Shown: in pieces, positions 57,743 through 64,000 of the stretch
How positions within the stretch are numbered: position 1 is the stretch's first letter
Layout of the letters: the number at the start of each line of letters is the position of its first letter
DNA from: a virus
IMG/VR virus record: IMGVR_UViG_3300036791_000759
Span: 2,414 to 66,413 of that record
Strand: one strand, 5' to 3'
DNA length: 64,000 nucleotides
The notes under the pieces: model-generated
Told to the model about the DNA's origin: nothing
Databases searched by the model: none
What the model saw: only the letters and a program-made list of their open reading frames with translations
Translations under genes and position numbers: made by a program

Positions 57743-57900
57743 TGATAATCGAGGTGATTCTGATCGTTGATCTATTTTTGTGGTTCCTCACCTTGTTGCC
57801 GGTGCCGCCGGCGGCGCAGTTTAGCTGGGCGTCGAGCTGGTTTGCCTGGATCGCCGCTGTGCTGCTGGCACTCTTCCTCTTTATCCCTGGCCTTAGATGA
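57742..57900 (+). CDS. Two-helix membrane protein, 52 aa (not in ORF track)
   Basis: MIIEVILIVDLFLWFLTLLPVPPAAQFSWASSWFAWIAAVLLALFLFIPGLR; coupled on both sides. Confidence 0.7.
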   Translation: MIIEVILIVDLFLWFLTLLPVPPAAQFSWASSWFAWIAAVLLALFLFIPGLR

Positions 57901-58064
57901 AGGCGCCTGACCGCATGGTCTCAAAGACCGAGGCTGCGTTCGAGCACCCGGCCAAGGGGCCACACCACTGTTCGCAGTGTACTCACTTCAAGGTCGGGCG
58001 CTGCGAAGTGGTGCGCGGGTTTATCTCGCCGCTTGACTGGTGCAAGTACTGGCAACGGAAATGA
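57897..58064 (+). CDS. HiPIP-like 4-Cys putative Fe-S protein, 55 aa (not in ORF track)
   Basis: MKAPDRMVSKTEAAFEHPAKGPHHCSQCTHFKVGRCEVVRGFISPLDWCKYWQRK; ATGA overlaps at both ends. Confidence 0.75.
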   Translation: MKAPDRMVSKTEAAFEHPAKGPHHCSQCTHFKVGRCEVVRGFISPLDWCKYWQRK

Positions 58065-58243
58065 TGCACGATGCACTACCGATAGAAGCTACGCTTATCC
58101 GCGCAGCAAAGGCGCGGATTCTCTCGCTTGAAAGTGAGATTGAGAGTTACCGTGTCGATGACCCTGAGCGACGCCGATTACAAACTCGTTTGACTGAAGA
58201 ACGAAATAATCTCACCTGGCAACTTCGGAGACTCCAGGTATGA
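58061..58243 (+). CDS. Small coiled-coil protein
   Basis: ATGA coupling. Confidence 0.6.
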   Translation: MMHDALPIEATLIRAAKARILSLESEIESYRVDDPERRRLQTRLTEERNNLTWQLRRLQV

Positions 58244-58581
58244 AAACCGTCGTTTCCGAGGCGAGAGTAAAAGTTAAAATCAAAAAAGTCCTCGATAATT
58301 ATAGGAGCTATATATATTATTACATGCCCGTACCAGGTGGGTACGGGCGATCGACACTGGATTACTTGGGGTTCTGCTGCGGCTTGGGGTTTGCCATTGA
58401 GGCAAAGAGCAGTGTTGGCAACCCGACAGAGCGCCAGCTGGCAATCATGCAGCAGATCACGGCGGTACACGTCCCGGTGTTTATCGTGCGCGATGACGCA
58501 TCACTGGCGCAGTTGGATCAATGGCTCAACACGGTCACGACCAAATGGCGGGGGCGACATGAACCAAATAATGCTGCGTGA
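58240..58581 (+). CDS. VRR-NUC nuclease
   Basis: E..VK..GYGRSTLD..FAIEAK..PTERQ motif. Confidence 0.85.
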   Translation: MKTVVSEARVKVKIKKVLDNYRSYIYYYMPVPGGYGRSTLDYLGFCCGLGFAIEAKSSVGNPTERQLAIMQQITAVHVPVFIVRDDASLAQLDQWLNTVTTKWRGRHEPNNAA

Positions 58582-58774
58582 GCAGCTGCAGATTGCGATT
58601 GACTGGCCGTGGTGTCTGCATCCGGTCTACCGGATCCAGTGGACACGGGGGTTTCACGGTGGGCTGGAGCATCGCGCCGGCACCCGCAACGACCGCAGGT
58701 TCAAGCGGGTTGCTACCGTAGCAAAGGAAGCGAGCAATGAAGCCGAGACAGGTGAGCATCGTTCCGCTGCCTAA
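58559..58774 (+). CDS. Hypothetical protein
   Basis: Fills gap between VRR-NUC and next gene. Confidence 0.45.
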   Translation: MNQIMLREQLQIAIDWPWCLHPVYRIQWTRGFHGGLEHRAGTRNDRRFKRVATVAKEASNEAETGEHRSAA

Positions 58775-59009
58775 GCCCGAGATCGACGAGATGGTCAAAG
58801 GGCTCGAAGAGATGACCAAGCAGGTAAAGGCCGGCGAGTTTGTCTCTTACATCATCGGCGCCTTTAGAGAGGACGCCAAGTTTATTAGCGTCGAGCGCGG
58901 CCGGGCGATGAGCCGCCTGCAGATCATCGGGATTTTAGAGTGCTGGAAGGCCGATATGCTCGACACGATGCCATCCGTCAGTGAGATGAAACTGCCAGAC
59001 CCTGAATGA
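58737..59009 (+). CDS. Hypothetical protein
   Basis: AAGGA RBS; coupled to helicase. Confidence 0.7.
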   Translation: MKPRQVSIVPLPKPEIDEMVKGLEEMTKQVKAGEFVSYIIGAFREDAKFISVERGRAMSRLQIIGILECWKADMLDTMPSVSEMKLPDPE

Positions 59010-61486
59010 TGTTTCTCACCGCTGACGCACGACACCTCGTTATGCCGTGGCGACCCGATGTCGCCCGGTTAATCCCCCATGCACGGGAGTTCACCCATGA
59101 AGGACAACGCATGTTAGTACTGCCAAACAAACACGACGAAACCAGACTGGTGCGCAACCTCGGGCTCGCGGTCCCGCCGCCGGTGCTGACCCGTTATGAC
59201 TGGCTGGGTCAGACCCCGTGGGCGATCCAGCGCACGACGACAGCGATGCTGACCGAGAACCAGCGGGCCTTTGTGCTGAACGAGTTTGGTTGTGTCGATG
59301 GCAGCACGGAGTATCTGTCGCCCGAAGGGTGGCGACATATATCTGACTATCAAGGCGGCTTAGTTGCGGAGTATCGCCCCGAGACAGGCTCAATCGGGTT
59401 TGTCGAGGCTGAGTATGTAAAGCAGCCATGCGATGAGATGATCCGGTTCAAGACGCGCTATGGCATCGACCAGCTTCTGTCGCCCGAGCACCGCGTGCTT
59501 TATGTGGATCGTGCTGGCGAGACAAAAGTAGCCTCGGCGCAGTCTCTCTATGACCGCTACGACCGGATGCGTAACAAAGACGTGAGGTTCATTACGACCT
59601 TCCGGGTTGACGATGGCCGTGTCATACCCATGACTGACGCGGAGTTGCGGGTGCATGTCGCACTCACCGCCGATGGTTATACGCCTTACAACGAGCGCGT
59701 AGATGTCCGGCTAAAGAAGCCCCGCAAGATTGCCCGCATGGAGCAACTGCTTAACGATGCCAGCATAACTTTTACCAGTGTCCCAGTACAACCTGTTGGC
59801 TTCTTTAAGTTCACTTTTAACTGGCCCCATAAGAAAGGTTTCCAGTTTGGCTACGACATTTGCCAACATCAACTCGAAGTCATTGCCGACGAAGTAGTTC
59901 ATTGGGATGGGTCGCAGCGCAAGGCCGGACTGTTTGAGTTCTCGTCGAGCAAATACGACGAGGCTAACTTTATCCAATTTGCCTACGCCGCGTCTGGTCG
60001 ATGCGCATCTATCGGCTTGTCCGAACGTTATCGCCGGGGAGGTGAAGAGTGGGAATGGCGTGTGACGGCGCGTCGTAAATCCCTGATCGGGTTTACTCAG
60101 GCAAGTCAGCGGGCAACTCGCGCTATCACCAAGGAGCCGAGCCCCGACGGGTTTAAGTACTGCTTCATGGTGCCCAGCACGTTCCTGCTGTTGCGGCGCA
60201 ATGGTTGCATTTTCGTAACCGGGAATACCGGGAAGACCAGATCGGTGATCTGGGCGGCCGACTGGCTGAAGCGCAGCGCCAATATCGGTCCGGTGCTGAT
60301 CACCGCGCCGCTCTCGACCTTGACCCCGGTATGGGAGGCCGAGCTATTTAAACTACTGCCACGCGGCCGGGTCCAGGTGCTGCACGGCGACCGCGCCACC
60401 CGGCTCGAACGCCTGAAGCAAGATGCTGACTTTTATATCATCAACCACCACGGTCTAAAGCTGATCCAGAAGGAGCTGCTCGCGAAGAAGTTCCGGGTGT
60501 TTGTCATCGATGAACTCGCGGTTTTCCGCAACCGGCGCACTGGCCTCTGGAAGGCAGCGGCGGCGATCGTCGCGCAGACCGAGTGGGCCTGGGGCCTGAC
60601 CGGCTCACCTACCCCCAAGGCGCCGACCGACGCCTGGGCGCAGATCCACATGCTGACCCCGGGCAACACGACGCGGACCTGGGTCAGGTTTCGTGACCTG
60701 ACCATGCGCCAGATCACCCAGTTCAAGTGGGTACGCCGGTCGGGCGCGCAGGAGCTGATCCACCAGCAGATGCAGCCGAGCGTGCGGTTTGCACTGGAGG
60801 ACGTGACCGAGCTGCCGCCCACCACCCACCGGCAGATCCCGGTGCCGCTGGAGCCCGAGGCCAAGCGAGCCTACGAGATTATGTTTAATAAGATGCGACT
60901 GCTCTACGAGAACCATGAGATCACCGCCGTCAACGAGGGTGTGCTGCAATCCAAGCTTCTCCAGGTGGCGTGTGGGTCGATCTACACCGATCGCGATGGC
61001 AAGGTTGAGCTGCCGGCGGCCGGGCGGCTCGACGCGTTAAAGGACATCGTCGAGAGCACCTCGCGCAAGGTGATCGTCTTTGTGCCGTTCATCCATGCGC
61101 TGGAGCGCGTGGCCGACTACCTGCGGGACACCGAGGAGGTAGCTGTGGTGCATGGCTCAACCCCCGTCGGGCAGCGCAACAAGATTTTCTCGGGGTTTCA
61201 GAACGAAGAGAGACCCCGGGTTATCGTCGCGCACCCGGCCTGCATGTCGCATGGCCTGACCCTGACCGCCGCCAACACCATCGTCTGGTACTGTCCGACA
61301 AACAACTTCGAGACCTACGAGCAGGCGAACGCCCGCGTTCGCCGTCCGGGCCAGACCGCAAAAACCTTGATCGCCCACCTGGTGGGGACGCCGATTGAGC
61401 GGCTGTGCTACGCCAGGCTGCAGGACCGGGGGATCTTCCAGGGTGTGTTGCTCGATCTGTTCCACCAGCAGGAACTGGAGTTCTGA
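59006..61486 (+). CDS. SNF2-family helicase containing an intein
   Basis: Q motif PWAIQ; motif I NEFG/TGKT split by intein; DELA, LTGSP, SHGLTLT, QANAR..RPGQ. Confidence 0.93.
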   Translation: MMFLTADARHLVMPWRPDVARLIPHAREFTHEGQRMLVLPNKHDETRLVRNLGLAVPPPVLTRYDWLGQTPWAIQRTTTAMLTENQRAFVLNEFGCVDGSTEYLSPEGWRHISDYQGGLVAEYRPETGSIGFVEAEYVKQPCDEMIRFKTRYGIDQLLSPEHRVLYVDRAGETKVASAQSLYDRYDRMRNKDVRFITTFRVDDGRVIPMTDAELRVHVALTADGYTPYNERVDVRLKKPRKIARMEQLLNDASITFTSVPVQPVGFFKFTFNWPHKKGFQFGYDICQHQLEVIADEVVHWDGSQRKAGLFEFSSSKYDEANFIQFAYAASGRCASIGLSERYRRGGEEWEWRVTARRKSLIGFTQASQRATRAITKEPSPDGFKYCFMVPSTFLLLRRNGCIFVTGNTGKTRSVIWAADWLKRSANIGPVLITAPLSTLTPVWEAELFKLLPRGRVQVLHGDRATRLERLKQDADFYIINHHGLKLIQKELLAKKFRVFVIDELAVFRNRRTGLWKAAAAIVAQTEWAWGLTGSPTPKAPTDAWAQIHMLTPGNTTRTWVRFRDLTMRQITQFKWVRRSGAQELIHQQMQPSVRFALEDVTELPPTTHRQIPVPLEPEAKRAYEIMFNKMRLLYENHEITAVNEGVLQSKLLQVACGSIYTDRDGKVELPAAGRLDALKDIVESTSRKVIVFVPFIHALERVADYLRDTEEVAVVHGSTPVGQRNKIFSGFQNEERPRVIVAHPACMSHGLTLTAANTIVWYCPTNNFETYEQANARVRRPGQTAKTLIAHLVGTPIERLCYARLQDRGIFQGVLLDLFHQQELEF
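59291..60226 (+). mobile_element. Intein (312 aa) with LAGLIDADG-type endonuclease in the helicase P-loop
   Basis: CVDGSTEYL block A, SPEHRV block B, VALTADG and VHWDGS dodecapeptide-like motifs, YCFMVPS..VTGN end, +1 Thr. Confidence 0.92.
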
Positions 61487-64000
61487 TCATGACACTACAA
61501 GTTGAATGGTTTGATGAGAGACGTGAGCCTCAACACCCGCCTGATCCGCGCTACCCCAATGGGATCGATATCGACACGACGACCTTCACACAGATCGATA
61601 TGAAGAGTGGCGCCGTGATCCCGCATGATGCAGATCGCAAAACGTGTTTTACTTTCTTGCGTCCGTACCCGGCACCGCGCATCGGCAAATTCCTTGTCAA
61701 GTGTGATGTGTGCGGTCAGCTAACGATGGTCACGACCGCTGGGCGACCCGACGATCCGCGCTCCGTGCGCATACCCTGCAAGGCCAACTAAGATGACCCC
61801 GGCGAAACTGATCGAGGCGTATCTGCGGTTACGCATGAAAATGAAGGAAATCGAAGAGCACCACAAACAAGAGCTGATACCGTTCGTCAGCCTCAAGGTC
61901 GAGATCGAAACCGCGCTGCTCGCCCATCTTAACGAGGCCGGGACCGACAGCACCAAGTGCAAGGCTGGCACCGCGTACAAGTCGACCGTCTCCTCGGTGG
62001 TGGTGCGCGACTGGCCGGCGACACTCGACTTTATCAAGTCGCGCGAGGAGTGGGATCTGTTGGAAGCACGCGTCGGCAAGACCTATGCGCTTGATTTGAT
62101 GGGTCAGCGCGGCGAGCCGATCCCCGGTGTCGAGGTGAGCCAGGCGACGGTCTTGCGGGTCCGTTCGACATAGGTCATTCTATAGACCCTATAAATATGG
62201 AGATCCCCAATGGCAGGTCAGTTGATCCCCCTTGACCGCCCGCCGCCTGCGCTCCGCAACCGCCGCTCCAACCTCCTCGCCGCCGCCAAGGCCGGTGTCC
62301 AGGGTGGCTTTGCCGTGGTCGGTTACAAAGGCCGCGCTTGGAAGCTGCGCTACCGTAGCGCCGACACGCTGCTGCGTGACGATCGCGGGGCACCGATGCC
62401 CAACCTGGAGGTGGTCATCGTCGGGGTCGCCGAGGGGATATCCAAGCAGTACTACGAGAAGAACTATTCCGAGGGTGATGACAGCGCACCCGACTGCTGG
62501 TCGCTCGATGGGGTCAAGCCGGATGCCAGCGTGACTCGCAAGCAGAACGATCTCTGCGGCAACTGCCGCCACAATGCGTGGGGATCGAAGATCACCGAGG
62601 GCGGCAAGCGTGCCAAGGCGTGCCAGGATACCCGGCGTCTCGCCATCGTCCCGTCGGGTGACATCGAGAACGAATCCTTTGGCGGTCCGATGATGCTGCG
62701 CCTCCCGCCGATGAGCCTCAACAACCTTGCCAACTATGCAGATCTGCTACAGCGCAAGGACGCATCCTTTGAGGTTGTCGCGACACGGCTAGGATTTGAC
62801 TATGACGTGGCGTACCCCCGGATCACCTTTGAGGCAATGGGCTGGCTCTCACCCGAGCAGCTTGCTCTGGTCCTCGGTCCCGATGGTAACGGCGGTGTCT
62901 GCGCCGATCCGTTGATCGAGCGCATGCTGGGTGCTACGCCGGTAGCCGATCCTGACGAAGAGGCAGAGCCGGCACCGGCACCAAAATCCACACCAAAGAA
63001 GCGCGCTGCCGCGACACCGGAGCCACCGCCCGAGCAGCCGGGCGAAGAAGAGAGCGAAGAGACCGAGGTCGAAGAGGGCGAAGCCGACGATCTCGGCAAC
63101 ACGCCTCCGCCTCCGCCGCCACCGCCTCCTGCGGCCGCGCCAAAGAACCCGTTTGCCGCCGCGACCGCGAAGGCCGCGCCGGCCGCGCCAAAGCGCGGGC
63201 GTCCGCGTGCGAGCGGCGCTACCAACGGAGCCGCTGCTCAGCCGCAGCCCGCGCCGTCAAACATGGAAAGCGCGATCCACAATCTGCTTGATGCCTAGTT
63301 AAACTCAGGGGGTGCGACCGGGTCCAAACCGCGCCCCCTCTTTTTCTTTAGGCGGCGCGTGAGATGCTCGATGCAGAAGAGTATTTAAACCGCGTCATAC
63401 CCGCCGGAAACTTCCTCTGCTTTGCCTACAAAGATCCAGCCTGGAAGTTTATGGCGCATCGGTTCTGGCCCCGCGATCAGGTCGCGGCGGCGGTCAGCTG
63501 GATGCGCTACCTCAGTCACAAGCTCGATGTCTGGATCGCTGTCGCGAGCTACCGGGAAGCACGACCCGACGGTACTGACCGCATCAAGGTGCCAAAGTTT
63601 AAGGGGAGGCGCACGGCTGACAACGCGGCGGCGATCCAGTGTTTCTTTTACGACGCCGACATTAAGCGTGAGGGTGACGGCAAGCCCCCTGAGAAAGCCT
63701 ATGCCGACGATGCCGAGCTGACCCTATGGCTCAAGAAGCTGCGCGACGAACACCAGGTGCCACTGCCCAATCTGTGGGTCCGCAGCGGTTACGGTGTGCA
63801 TCTTTACTGGGTGATGGACAAGGCGCTGGAACGTGACCGCTGGGCACCCTACGCAGAGGCGTTCAAGCAGCTCCTGGTGCGGTCGGGCGCCAAGGGGGAC
63901 ATCGGGGTCAGCGGCGACATCGCGCGCATCCTGCGCACACCGGAGAGCTGGAACCACAAGGTGCCGGAGAACCCGGCCCAGTGCTACGACATGACCCCCG
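59984..64000. repeat. Second copy of bases 1-4017 (helicase 3' part, 61489-61791, 61793-62173, 62210-63298 and start of primase)
   Basis: Sequence and ORFs match the window start. Confidence 0.97.

Larger units (their letters stand above)
2198..58312. promoter_or_regulatory. Dispersed palindrome family B, TATAG-N3-CTATA (about 11 sites)
   Basis: Perfect at 2198, 20162, 38104, 46414, 48857, 58300; one mismatch at 7791, 31036, 43492, 44565, 53451. Confidence 0.75.
2364..58724. promoter_or_regulatory. Dispersed palindrome family A, TTGCTAC-S-GTAGCAA (18 sites)
   Basis: 15-mers start at 2364, 4073, 5725, 8412, 13619, 18422, 25294, 31012, 38645, 44885, 46085, 46391, 46711, 47638, 48964, 50979, 55319, 58710. 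Confidence 0.85.

Noticed and set aside
2364-58724. Palindrome A copies as a CRISPR array or REP/MITE elements
   Set aside because: Not tandem with regular spacers, only 15 bp, and no cas or transposase genes. The Cas4-like nuclease is a normal phage replication exonuclease.
59984-64000. 4-kb direct repeat as a biological terminal repeat or gene duplication
   Set aside because: It begins mid-intein at window base 1 and runs to the window edge; best explained as wrap-around of a circular 59,983-bp sequence.

Overview
The window holds one complete, circularly assembled, GC-rich temperate tailed-phage genome of 59,983 bp; bases 59984-64000 repeat bases 1-4017. It has podovirus-type organisation, and the host is probably an alphaproteobacterium (inference only). 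The + strand carries an early/replication arm: AAA ATPase, vWA/metallopeptidase, family A DNA polymerase, PD-(D/E)XK exonuclease, VRR-NUC, intein-containing SNF2 helicase, SSB-like protein, primase-helicase, excisionase and tyrosine integrase. The - strand carries the virion arm: portal, scaffold, major capsid, adaptors, nozzle, two chaperone-bearing tail fibres, a GNAT and four internal/ejection proteins. The terminase genes are transcribed divergently from the portal. Most notable observations: (1) a 15-bp palindrome TTGCTAC-S-GTAGCAA present at least 18 times around the genome, including inside genes in different reading frames; (2) a second palindrome family TATAG-N3-CTATA (about 11 sites, mostly intergenic), twice paired with the first at near-fixed spacing; (3) a terminase intein whose HNH homing endonuclease is overprinted in another reading frame with its own RBS; (4) a 55-aa HiPIP-like 4-Cys ORF missed by the ORF track; (5) a tail-lysozyme/SGNH-esterase fusion in a virion protein. 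All family calls come from motif recognition by eye; no database search was run.
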